The notes beneath the pieces are model-generated. The model saw nothing but the letters and a program-made list of their open reading frames with translations, had not been told where the DNA came from and ran no database searches. Source: a virus. Taken from it: DNA of 64,000 bases. Where the stretch lies: positions 1 to 64,000 of the IMG/VR virus record IMGVR_UViG_3300045988_071562. One strand, written 5' to 3'. How positions within the stretch are numbered: the stretch's first letter is position 1; every line of letters begins with the position of its first letter. Of this stretch, positions 17,055 through 26,029 are shown one piece after another. The translations under genes were made by a program, and so were the position numbers.

Positions 17055-17503
17055 GGTTTTTGTCCTCCCTCATATGTCTCATAATCAATCGTTCCCAGAT
17101 CACCATACACATCTGGATAATAAATTCCAACCCAGAAGTTATCCTCCATTGCTTTGTAGTAAGTTACTTTTACATTCCATCTCTGTACCTCGTCAATAAT
17201 TTCTTTGTTGAGAAGTCCGAATTGATCTCGGCAAGCTTCATTTTCCAGTTTATAAGTCAATGCTTTGTATTTCTCGGCATTTGCCTGTCTGGTGGCGGTA
17301 ATATTAGTTTGAGTGATAAGTAAAATCAATCCAAATACCAGGAACCATATTGCACTGATGAAGGAAATTACCACGCCAAAAGACAATATAAATCCACTCA
17401 CATTTGAATACTCATATTTGTAGCTTAAAGATTCGCCTATTCTATTTGCAATCAGCATAACAACGCCGACTGTAAAAATGATTATTGATAGCCAAAATAT
17501 CAT
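17051..17503 (-). CDS. membrane protein (2 TM) with a cytoplasmic C-terminal domain
   Basis: GGGAGG SD before MIFWLSIIIFTVGVVMLIA, and a second TM segment FILSFGVVISFISAIWFLVFGLILLI. Confidence 0.6.
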   Translation of the reverse strand: MIFWLSIIIFTVGVVMLIANRIGESLSYKYEYSNVSGFILSFGVVISFISAIWFLVFGLILLITQTNITATRQANAEKYKALTYKLENEACRDQFGLLNKEIIDEVQRWNVKVTYYKAMEDNFWVGIYYPDVYGDLGTIDYETYEGGQKP

Positions 17504-17597
17504 AGTGTGTCCTCCCTGTCCCATTCTGTGTCAGATTTATCTGACATAATAATATCGTTAGATATTATTCAAAATATAATTCTTTCTCTTTTTCTTA

Positions 17598-17711
17598 ATC
17601 TAAATCTATATCTAAATCTATATCTAAATCTATATCTAAATCTATATCTAAATCTAAACCTTTATCTAAACCTTAATCTGAGTGCGTCTACTATGCGTCT
17701 TTTGTGCGTCT
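17598..17711. repeat. iteron block: 4.5 copies of the 12-mer ATCTAAATCTAT, degenerate copies, then TGCGTCT x3 at 11-bp spacing
   Basis: Perfect 12-mers span 17598-17645. TGCGTCT occurs at 17683, 17694 and 17705. The block is homologous to 59150-59267 inside the replisome-organizer gene. Confidence 0.8.
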
Positions 17712-17832
17712 AAAAAAATAAGAACTCTAAATTCGTCATTTTTATATTATATTTCACCAAAATTCAACTTGTAAAAATACATATTTTCTCTGTTATGCTG
17801 ATTTTTACAGATTTTTGTATCGAAATAAAATT

Positions 17833-18011
17833 CTTATTTATTTCTTATTTAACGCTTATTTTTTCTTATTTGATGCAAAATAAAAAATTATTTTAACTTA
17901 AATTAAAACTTGTTTTTCCTTATTTGCTCCCTATTTAATGCTTATTTACTATCATTAATAGTAAAATAAGGTCTTATTTGAGCAATTTAATTTTCAGATA
18001 AAGCCTTATTT
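17833..18011. repeat. AT-rich region with helically phased CTTATTT repeats
   Basis: CTTATTT starts at 17833, 17844, 17855, 17865, 17919, (17930 variant), 17941, 17973 and 18005. Spacings are 10-11 bp or multiples of that. Confidence 0.7.
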
Positions 18012-18023
18012 TACCGAAATTAA

Positions 18024-18320
18024 TTATTCAAACAAGCTAAATACGTCTTTGCAAAATTCCTCATAGTCGGTATTCCCGACCAGTGGCATTTTATTTCTCA
18101 GCTTTTCCATTGCTTTAAAAAACTTGACTTGATCTTTGTTCCAGATTTTACAGGAAACAAGAAGATACTTCTCTTCTGTATGTCCATATTCTTTTCCAAA
18201 ATTCACCCGAATTTTCTCATTCTTAAAAAGTTGGTCTGCCAGATACTCTTCTGTATCTGCAAAAATGTATTCACTGCGGAATAAATGCTTTTGGATTAAG
18301 ATGTAATTTTTATATGACAT
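18024..18320 (-). CDS. hypothetical protein
   Basis: 98-aa ORF with an SD. Confidence 0.5.
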   Translation of the reverse strand: MSYKNYILIQKHLFRSEYIFADTEEYLADQLFKNEKIRVNFGKEYGHTEEKYLLVSCKIWNKDQVKFFKAMEKLRNKMPLVGNTDYEEFCKDVFSLFE

Positions 18321-18406
18321 GATATTCCTCCCTGTGAAAAATGTTCCATTTTAAATCGAACCTTTCCAGACCTCATTTTAAATGCGGGCTGTCTAAAAAT
18401 TCAAAA

Positions 18407-19096
18407 TCATGCGGCAATTTTATTAATTCCTTTATTCAGAATAAATTCTTTTATTTCGTTATATCCCCAGCCATATCCGACTAATGCGCTCACAAGCATT
18501 TCTGCATTCTGGATTTTCACCAAATCTTCTTCTGAAAAATAATCTCTCATACTTTCTTTTTTTGTGATTCCGAATTCCTCTCTTAGTTGCTTGGCGTTTT
18601 TACCAAATATGGACTTGTAAATAACGTCCGTATATGTAGAATAGGCATGTCCGTGCATTCTTTCATTTTCAGAAGATTGCTGGATTGCCTTTGTCAATGC
18701 CTGTCTTACTGCTATTCCTTTAGCTCGTTCAAGTTCTGCTGCACGCTGCTTTTTAAAAGCAATTTTTAAGGATTGTTCGCAACCAATAAAATAGTTTCTT
18801 GCTTGTTCTCCTCTTTCAGATTTTGATAGCATTGAAAGTTTTTTGGCGAAATGGGCAGTTATCTTATAATCAACAGTTTTATTACCCTCGACATAAATGT
18901 CGAACCCCCAATAGTCTTCATTTTCTACCGCAAATGAATTGTCGATAATATTTGTTTTCGCCCATCTTGAAAATTGTCCCTGTGCAAGTCCTAAAAATGA
19001 ATATAGTTTTCTTGCAGTAGTCATGCCTTCTTCGTCAATCCCAAGTGCAATCTCAATAGGTGTCTGTTCACTTGTTATCAAAACTTCATTTTCCAT
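18407..19096 (-). CDS. antirepressor, AntA/AntB-type N-domain with a different (KilAC-like) C-terminus
   Basis: The N-terminal 45 aa are nearly identical to 12769-13530 (QTPIEIALGIDEEGMTTARKLYSFLGLA). AAGGAGG SD. Confidence 0.75.
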   Translation of the reverse strand: MENEVLITSEQTPIEIALGIDEEGMTTARKLYSFLGLAQGQFSRWAKTNIIDNSFAVENEDYWGFDIYVEGNKTVDYKITAHFAKKLSMLSKSERGEQARNYFIGCEQSLKIAFKKQRAAELERAKGIAVRQALTKAIQQSSENERMHGHAYSTYTDVIYKSIFGKNAKQLREEFGITKKESMRDYFSEEDLVKIQNAEMLVSALVGYGWGYNEIKEFILNKGINKIAA

Positions 19097-19122
19097 TCTC
19101 CATTCCTCCTTATATTGATGGA

Positions 19123-19195
19123 TAAAATAAAAAGAGCCGCCAAGTAAGATAAAAATTCCTCAAAATCGAGAAATATTAATTTCTTCTTAGCGGCT
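19123..19195 (-). terminator. leader hairpin plus U-tract between the promoter and the antirepressor gene
   Basis: Read on the minus strand: GAGCCGCUAAG...CUUGGCGGCUC (11 bp, ~41-nt interior), then UUUUUAUUUU, then the SD. Confidence 0.4.
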
Positions 19196-19232
19196 CAAAA
19201 ATCAAGACCGTGTGTACTTCTTCATTGAAGAA

Positions 19233-19261
19233 ATTATACCACACAATCAGTCAAAAATCAA
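19233..19261 (-). promoter_or_regulatory. promoter TTGATT-17-TGgTATAAT
   Basis: The -35 (19261-19256) overlaps the tape-measure stop codon. The extended -10 ends at 19233. Confidence 0.55.
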
Positions 19262-22200
19262 TATGCCGGGGATGGTTTGAAACGGCTATCCGTATCATTC
19301 TGGGCTTTTGTTACTGCTTTTGCAATCTCGCTTCCATCCAGAATAATGCTGTTCATAATGTACTGCGGATTCTTGTTTCCGCTGTTCATACTCATTGCCA
19401 TTGCAACTCCTTGTGCTACTGCTTTTGCCATTTCTTCTTTTGTAAGTCCCATGCTTCCGTCTGAGCTGGAAACAATGCTGTCTGCGATCTTCTTCATTGT
19501 TCGTGGGTTTTCCAGTGGAAGAACGGCTTCAGAACCAGCTTCACCGATACCGATTACCTGTGCGCCATTAAAAAGACCACCTTTGGCGTACCAATTAGGC
19601 TTGTAAACTGGTGTAGAACTGGTTTTTCCACCTCCAAGATCATGTTTTCTCCACTTTGAAATATAATAAGTCAGAGTCGGTAAATGTACTTGTTTCATGC
19701 CATCAGCAAATGATTGAGCAGTTTCCCGACCAATTGATGTAAGATTAACATTAAATAGCCTTTTAATTTTATCCGAAATCCCAGACAAATTAGATTCTGT
19801 GTAGGTTTTCATTTTTCCAGTTTCCGTGTCAACTTTACCAGAAGCCTTTTCCCAAATCTGGTTTGTATTGATCAGAACGGAAGACCAATAGCTTTGAATA
19901 GTGGTCATAACCTTACCCATTATATCTTTGGTATCGGTGTCCATGGTTCCGAGAGCTGTCGATACAGCACTTGCAGAATTTCCCCAATTGGTTTTAGAGT
20001 TGGTTTCAACATCATCATTCGTGTTCTTTATCTTTGACCAAATGGAAGGCATTGTGCTTTCTGTTCTTTTTTTCATTCCAGCCATTGCAGTGCTTACGGC
20101 AGTATTGGCGAGACCAAAACCAGTTTTTGTCTTGGATGATACGGATTCGGATGCTGTTGCAACTGATTTGCTCATTGTTGATGAAGCTTTCGGAACATCT
20201 TCTGAAAAAGCTTTTATAACTTTTCTTGTGTCAATTCCCATCTCTGCCATTTTATCCATCAATGCTTGGAATGCGGCTCTAGCTGTTGCACCAGATAATT
20301 CTTGCTGTTGAAGGACAGTACTTAATTCATCAAACTGCGTTGGAGTGATTACTGCTTGATATGAAAGTCTTTCCAGTGCAGATTTCGCATTATCAAACTC
20401 AGTTCCCATTGTTCCAATGTATTCATTAATATTTCCGATATGGGAATTTGTAGAGGTATCGGATTCCTCCATTGCCTGTTTTAATGCTTGCTTAAATGTA
20501 TCGGAAGAAATTCCAAGATTTTCAAGTGATGTTTCTACAGTTTGGAGCTGTCCATCAAAATCAAATGCATTGTCTTTCACATTTTTCAAATCGCCACCAA
20601 GCCCAATAAATTTATCCCCAGAAACTCCAGTTTGGTCTTCAAGTATTTTCAAGGCTTTTCTGACAACTTCAAAATCGTTGAATGCGTCCGCTGTGGAATC
20701 TTTAAAGTCCATAGCTTTTTTTACTTGTCCAAGTCCTTCCATGACAAATGCGGTTGCGCCCAAATTGGTTGCGTATCCCCAAAATCCTTGGAATTGTCCA
20801 CCAGCTGTTTGTGCGACGTCACCAAGATTTTTTATCTTTTCAGCAAGGGTAGTAAATCCTCCATTTCCTGCGGATTCTGCCGCATCCCCTAAATCTTTTA
20901 TTGCTTCTTTTGCTCCACTCGTGCCATCTCCAAGGACATCTGCTAATTTTTCAGCAATGAGATCAGCATTTTCTTTGGCAATAATTTTTCCGCCAATGTG
21001 ATCAATAAGGTTCCATGCAAGTTCTCCAATTCCGCTTACTTTAAGAACATTTACGACAAGAAAGGCTTTTCCAAGAATATCAACAAGACTTCCAACAAGC
21101 GGATGGTCTTCTTTTATTCCATCCACCAATCCGTTAAAGGCACTTGATAAACCACCAAGAATCAAATCAGCCGCAGTACTAAGTATTTCGCCCCAAGGCA
21201 ACTCTCCTAAGAATGTTCCAACGCCTTGTCCAAACTCATAGAAAGTGTCTTTTGTAAGCGTATTTTTCAACGCCGTACACAGGTGAGATATGAAATCTCC
21301 AAGTGCTTGTCCATTTTCTTTCCAGTTTGTTTTTTTCAAGAAAGTAGAAATTCCCTCTGTGATATTATTAGTAAGTTCATCCCAGTTTACAGTTTTGGTA
21401 AACGCAGCCAAGCTTCTAAACGCTCCATTTAAAATTCCAGATAAAGAATCTGCAATATCCTTCATGGAAATTTTGGACACAGCGCCATTTAAAGCTTTTC
21501 CAAGTGAACTACCAAGCTTATCCCAACCAGTTACACCAGCGCCGTCCTCTTCTGACATACGTTTTACAAATCCAGATAGAATTTTCCAGGAAATCATAAA
21601 CTTATTTCCAAGCAATTCACCCAGATTAGTCCAGTTGATTTCATCCAGTGCGCCGATTAACCCATCACCAATATTTCTGCCGATTAATCCAAAATCAATA
21701 CCGCCATCACCAATAAGCTGATTAAGAGTATTTACAGCTGTGTTGATTCCCGTCCCGATAGTTCTTCCAAGCAAGTCAAAATCAAGTCTGGTATTTAATG
21801 AATTGAATGCTCTTGTAAATGCGTCTGTAAACTCAGTTATTTTCGGGGCAACATTTTTCCAGTTAATAACCTCATACACCTTGCTCATTCCGAGATTAAG
21901 CATATCGGCAATAGTAGTTCCTACACCCTCCCAGTCTTTCGCCAGGAATGCTTTTCTAATTTTGGAAGCCCATTTGTTAATAGGTGTTTCATCGACAGTC
22001 AAAACTTCGTCCAAGGAATCTTGTATTCCTGCAAAGCTATCAGCCAAATCGCCAAGTCCAGAACCAAGGCTTTTAGATGCAGTCCCGGAATCGTTTGAGT
22101 TATCAGCAAGCTGATTTAATTGGTCGAATGGTAATACAGAAAGTGCCTTTTTCAGCTTCTTTGCAGATGATGTAGCGTCATCCAATCCAGAAGAAGCATC

Positions 22201-24156
22201 ATCCACAGCCGTTTCAATTCCACCCAGATCAGATACAACATCACTAACACCAGTCTGTGAACCTTTAAGCTTCTTTCCCATCAATACATACATGAAGTTA
22301 CGGAACACATTCGCAGCTTGCATAAGCTTTGCCATGAGAGCGTTAAGTGCTTGAATAGCAGGAAGAATACCAGCAATCAAACCTTGCCCGATTACTGCGG
22401 AAAGCGACTGGAAATTCAGAGTGAGTAAACGAACCTGGTTTGCCCAGGTGCCGCTTGTCCTGGCGAAATCCCCTTGCACATCTCCTGTAACTGACATTAA
22501 ATAGTTGTATCGAAGAGCAACTTTTTCAGCTTGGGACATTGCGTTATAAGATGTTGTAATTCCCCTTGAAAGGGCATAAGCCTCCATATTTGCAACGGAT
22601 AAATTAATACCCAATTGTCTTAAAGGCTCAATTTCCCCGGAAATTCCAGCGCGTATTTTCTGAAAAGCAGTATCGGTATCAATGTTGTAAAATGATGCAA
22701 TATCCCCGGCTAATCCAGCAAGAGAAATTGACATTTTAGAAGCTGCATCTTGCGCAACACCAGATGATTTCATCATTGCCATCATGGTTCCAGAATATTG
22801 CTTTGCTGCCAATTCGGATAATCCAAATTGTTCTTTTGCCGTAGAAGCAAATTTATAAGCTTTATCAGACATGCTGCCAAACGCAACATCTACAACGTTT
22901 TCAACCTCTGTAATTTGAGAGCCTAAATCAACTGCGCTTCTTCCAAAGTCAACAATACCTTGGATTGCCTTAAATCCAATTGCAGTTTTAAAGAGTGCGC
23001 TCAGATTAAAGGATGCAGTTTTCAGTCCAGAGCTACCGCTTCCAAGACGCTGAAACCCACCAATGATAGTTTTTATGCCACCACCAATTTTAGAAGCAGT
23101 TTTACTTACAAGATTTCCAAGACTCAATGTACCAGATGATAACTTAGAAAAAGCACTGGATATGGAATTTGTTGCAGTATTCACCTTGCCGCCAGCACTT
23201 GCCAACTGCGCCAGTGCTTCCGTCATGCGGATGGTATTCTCACTGATTTTTGGAGCATTTTCCATTACTTTGAAAAACTTCTTTGTTTCTTGCGCCAGAT
23301 TTTGCAATTGTCCAGCGGTCTGGCTAGTCTTGTTTCCAGCACTTGCCAGTCTTCCGATGGATTGTACAAATAAATTAGTTGGTTCAGAAACATCACCAAC
23401 TCTGGATAGTGTTTTTATTACGGATTTTAATTGTTTTCCAAGCCCAGGAAGCGCAGCTTCCACCTGTCTTGCCTTATCACCAGCATTTACAAGTTTTTGC
23501 AAAGAAGAAACAAAACGGTTGGTGCTGGAAGATACATCTGGGAGATCAGAAAAGCTTTTCATGGAATTTGCAATTTTATCCAAAGTGGTTGTGTCAAAAT
23601 TATCCGTTTTGACTTCCATTAGCCTTTTGACTGCATTAATTCCTTGGATTACTTTTGAACCACTAAAATCAACAGTATTAAGAACAGACATAGAGTGTGC
23701 CACTTTCTGTATACTGTTAATTGTTTGCTGTGCATTTGAAGAATCAACTTTTCCAAGCTTTTCAATAGCTTTTGTTACTGAATTAATATTTTTAGCATCT
23801 ATTTTGGGTACAGAAATATTCTGTAAACCGCTGATAGACAATAAACCAGACGCAAAATCTTTAAGTGATTTCCCACTTCCATCCAATGCTGAAAAATTTA
23901 CACGTGATATGCTGGTGAGTTGCTTTGTAAGACCACCAAGATTAGGTAAGGAAACTCTAACACCATTTAATGTTTTTATGGATGCAGATACTCTTCCTAT
24001 TTCTCTGGCATAATGGCGCAATCCACCTGTATTCAGATTCTTAAATGAACTGTTTACGTTCAAAAGTTTTCTTGATAAGTTCTCAAGTGACCGAACAGCT
24101 TTTGCCGTACTACTTCTAACCTGTAAATCAAGGGTATCAATGGTGTTATCCGCCAT
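19258..24156 (-). CDS. tail tape measure protein
   Basis: ~1630 aa, alpha-helical and Ala/Ser/Gly-rich. It follows the G/GT chaperones. AGGAGGG SD before MADNTIDT. Confidence 0.9.
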   Translation of the reverse strand: MADNTIDTLDLQVRSSTAKAVRSLENLSRKLLNVNSSFKNLNTGGLRHYAREIGRVSASIKTLNGVRVSLPNLGGLTKQLTSISRVNFSALDGSGKSLKDFASGLLSISGLQNISVPKIDAKNINSVTKAIEKLGKVDSSNAQQTINSIQKVAHSMSVLNTVDFSGSKVIQGINAVKRLMEVKTDNFDTTTLDKIANSMKSFSDLPDVSSSTNRFVSSLQKLVNAGDKARQVEAALPGLGKQLKSVIKTLSRVGDVSEPTNLFVQSIGRLASAGNKTSQTAGQLQNLAQETKKFFKVMENAPKISENTIRMTEALAQLASAGGKVNTATNSISSAFSKLSSGTLSLGNLVSKTASKIGGGIKTIIGGFQRLGSGSSGLKTASFNLSALFKTAIGFKAIQGIVDFGRSAVDLGSQITEVENVVDVAFGSMSDKAYKFASTAKEQFGLSELAAKQYSGTMMAMMKSSGVAQDAASKMSISLAGLAGDIASFYNIDTDTAFQKIRAGISGEIEPLRQLGINLSVANMEAYALSRGITTSYNAMSQAEKVALRYNYLMSVTGDVQGDFARTSGTWANQVRLLTLNFQSLSAVIGQGLIAGILPAIQALNALMAKLMQAANVFRNFMYVLMGKKLKGSQTGVSDVVSDLGGIETAVDDASSGLDDATSSAKKLKKALSVLPFDQLNQLADNSNDSGTASKSLGSGLGDLADSFAGIQDSLDEVLTVDETPINKWASKIRKAFLAKDWEGVGTTIADMLNLGMSKVYEVINWKNVAPKITEFTDAFTRAFNSLNTRLDFDLLGRTIGTGINTAVNTLNQLIGDGGIDFGLIGRNIGDGLIGALDEINWTNLGELLGNKFMISWKILSGFVKRMSEEDGAGVTGWDKLGSSLGKALNGAVSKISMKDIADSLSGILNGAFRSLAAFTKTVNWDELTNNITEGISTFLKKTNWKENGQALGDFISHLCTALKNTLTKDTFYEFGQGVGTFLGELPWGEILSTAADLILGGLSSAFNGLVDGIKEDHPLVGSLVDILGKAFLVVNVLKVSGIGELAWNLIDHIGGKIIAKENADLIAEKLADVLGDGTSGAKEAIKDLGDAAESAGNGGFTTLAEKIKNLGDVAQTAGGQFQGFWGYATNLGATAFVMEGLGQVKKAMDFKDSTADAFNDFEVVRKALKILEDQTGVSGDKFIGLGGDLKNVKDNAFDFDGQLQTVETSLENLGISSDTFKQALKQAMEESDTSTNSHIGNINEYIGTMGTEFDNAKSALERLSYQAVITPTQFDELSTVLQQQELSGATARAAFQALMDKMAEMGIDTRKVIKAFSEDVPKASSTMSKSVATASESVSSKTKTGFGLANTAVSTAMAGMKKRTESTMPSIWSKIKNTNDDVETNSKTNWGNSASAVSTALGTMDTDTKDIMGKVMTTIQSYWSSVLINTNQIWEKASGKVDTETGKMKTYTESNLSGISDKIKRLFNVNLTSIGRETAQSFADGMKQVHLPTLTYYISKWRKHDLGGGKTSSTPVYKPNWYAKGGLFNGAQVIGIGEAGSEAVLPLENPRTMKKIADSIVSSSDGSMGLTKEEMAKAVAQGVAMAMSMNSGNKNPQYIMNSIILDGSEIAKAVTKAQNDTDSRFKPSPAY

Positions 24157-24203
24157 TTTCAATTTCCCTCCTTTTTGCATAAAAAAATAAAGGGCAGACA
24201 AGA

Positions 24204-24560
24204 CTAATCATCCTGCCTGCCCTCTTCGTTACCTATCTCGTCAAGTTTCGCATTTGCTTGTTTTACAAGAAGCTCAAAGTATCTTTCTTCTTGCTTTAAT
24301 TCCTCTTCTGTTTTTTCATCATAAATCTTTTCTGGAAGCAATTCTTTTTTATCATCACTTCCAAATGGCTTTTTGGGGTATGAAACCTTGGAAGAAAGTG
24401 CACTTGCTATAGCAATTTGAACATACGCACCAGAAACCCAGGATTGATAATCAATCAATTTGCTCTTCTGATTAATTTCATCTTCTTTTTGGTTTCTCCA
24501 AGCTTTTAATCGAAGTTGAAACTCTTTTATGGTGCAATGCAAAAAATCACGTTTACTCAT
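24204..24560 (-). CDS. tail assembly chaperone, T segment (expressed as a GT fusion)
   Basis: Lies in the -1 frame relative to 24599-25069. That frame stays open from the A6 run at 24614-24619 through to this ORF. Confidence 0.65.
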   Translation of the reverse strand: MSKRDFLHCTIKEFQLRLKAWRNQKEDEINQKSKLIDYQSWVSGAYVQIAIASALSSKVSYPKKPFGSDDKKELLPEKIYDEKTEEELKQEERYFELLVKQANAKLDEIGNEEGRQDD

Positions 24561-24598
24561 GCCAATTCTTACAGCTTCTGGATAAAGTTCACCCCAAA

Positions 24599-25069
24599 TT
24601 ACTTCTCGGTAGCTTTTTTCTGCGGATTTACTGATTTCTTCTTTGTTTTGGAACTCTTGAACACTTCGTCCAGAAATGTCCCGATTCCGGTCAGATTGAA
24701 AAAATCATCTTCCTCCATCTGTTCAATGCAAAGTTCAAGAACTCCGTAGAAATTTCCAGTTTCATCACCAGAATGTTCGCGAAGATAACTTGCAAGAAGT
24801 CTTTTAGCTGCCGCAATGTTCGGAACTTTCCCATCTCCATCTGGATGATCTCCGTGATGTTCCATGAGTCCGGCATAAAATACTGTAAGTGTAGTCTGTG
24901 GAATATTGGAAACTCCGGCTATAATTTTAGAAACATCTTTTTCATCAGATGCCAGTGCGAGTGAAGAAAATAATTCAGCTGTTCCCTTAACACAATCAGC
25001 ATATAGAGATGCCTCAATTGTGTATTCTAGTTTATAGTCATTTCCGCCAATAGTTAATGTTTTATACAT
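24599..25069 (-). CDS. tail assembly chaperone G
   Basis: 156 aa, between the major tail protein and the tape measure. Its Lys-rich C-terminus contains the slippery run. Confidence 0.7.
   Translation of the reverse strand: MYKTLTIGGNDYKLEYTIEASLYADCVKGTAELFSSLALASDEKDVSKIIAGVSNIPQTTLTVFYAGLMEHHGDHPDGDGKVPNIAAAKRLLASYLREHSGDETGNFYGVLELCIEQMEEDDFFNLTGIGTFLDEVFKSSKTKKKSVNPQKKATEK
24613..24620 (-). other. candidate -1 programmed frameshift site (CAG AAA AAA G)
   Basis: The A6 run sits 4 codons before the G stop. The -1 frame reads ...AGC TAC CGA GAA... into MSKRDF of the T ORF. Confidence 0.55.
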
Positions 25070-25090
25070 GGCCTATCCTCCCAATAATAA

Positions 25091-25582
25091 TTACTCTTCC
25101 TCTGTTGGCTTGATCGCGGTATCAGCACCAACATACTCATTGATAGTCAGAGACATGGAAACTGTAAGAAGTCCGTTCTGGTCTCTGGCTGGTTTTGGAA
25201 TCTTTGTTGGTGGCTCAATTTTGGTAAAAAATGCCTTTTGAAGAGAAGGGAAATACTCTTCATACCACATTGATAAGCCAGATGCCTTTCCAGTTTTGTA
25301 TGCAGCAATAAGTTTTTCCCACTCATCAATTGTTTCGTCTGTAACGTTTACTGTTACATTGAATGTTCCACCTGTAGAACCACGTCCAGCAATTGTTCTT
25401 TCAATTTCGTCTTCCAGTGCAGACGCATCAATCGTCTCTACATCAATGGTAATTTCGTCAGAAGCGTTGATTCTGTGAAGCATTATAAATTTTGTAGGCT
25501 TAGTACCAGCCACTGTTTCAACGGCATATCCAGTAAGAGAACCAACTGTAGATACACCAGCAATATTGCCTTTTTCTGCCAT
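25091..25582 (-). CDS. major tail protein
   Basis: 163 aa from the SD-led MAEKGNIAG. The call rests on position and a beta-rich sequence. Confidence 0.65.
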   Translation of the reverse strand: MAEKGNIAGVSTVGSLTGYAVETVAGTKPTKFIMLHRINASDEITIDVETIDASALEDEIERTIAGRGSTGGTFNVTVNVTDETIDEWEKLIAAYKTGKASGLSMWYEEYFPSLQKAFFTKIEPPTKIPKPARDQNGLLTVSMSLTINEYVGADTAIKPTEEE

Positions 25583-25677
25583 TTCTATATCTCCTTTTCT
25601 TTCTATCAAACTATAAACTGGCTCTATGACTCTCTTGCACGTAACCCTGTGCCGGGAGATAGCGGATCACCGCCTTT

Positions 25678-25971
25678 CTACTCTTTTTTTCCTGATTGCT
25701 TAATAAGTTGATTCACATAATTACTTAATCCGGCAACGATAACACCTTGTGTAATTGCGGTAAACAGTGCCATTGCAGCTTCTTGTGAACCGGAAACTGT
25801 AGATGTTGCAAAAACATAAAGACCGCAAATTAATACACCAAGAATTCCTAAAATCATTGGAATAAATTTGTCAGAAATATTCTCTGACTTTTTAATCATT
25901 TCTCCGATAAAATAAAGAAATACAACGACAATAAGTAATTCTGGCTTTACATAACTTAAAATCTGATCCAT
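25678..25971 (-). CDS. holin (Phage_holin_4_1-like, 3 TM)
   Basis: KPELLIVVVFLYFIGEMIKKSENISDKFIPMILGILGVLICGLY...QGVIVAGLSNYVNQLIKQ matches the clostridial holin pattern. Confidence 0.7.
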   Translation of the reverse strand: MDQILSYVKPELLIVVVFLYFIGEMIKKSENISDKFIPMILGILGVLICGLYVFATSTVSGSQEAAMALFTAITQGVIVAGLSNYVNQLIKQSGKKE

Positions 25972-26029
25972 AATCTCACCTCGCTTTCGTTTTTGGAATA
26001 AAAAAAGAACGTCTATGCGTTCATTTGGT

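Noticed and set aside
17598-17680. A tandem 12-mer array that could be mistaken for a CRISPR array.
   Set aside because: The repeats are contiguous 12-mers with no spacers. No cas genes are present. The block is homologous to the iterons inside the replisome-organizer gene.
19277-24013. Many long plus-strand ORFs inside the tape-measure gene, e.g. 23063-24013 (316 aa), 20417-21001, 21290-21721 and 21740-22114.
   Set aside because: They are antisense shadows of a long, compositionally biased Ala/Ser/Gly/Leu-rich gene. They have no SD sequences and Ser/Pro/Phe-rich nonsense composition, and they lie entirely within a confidently called minus-strand CDS.
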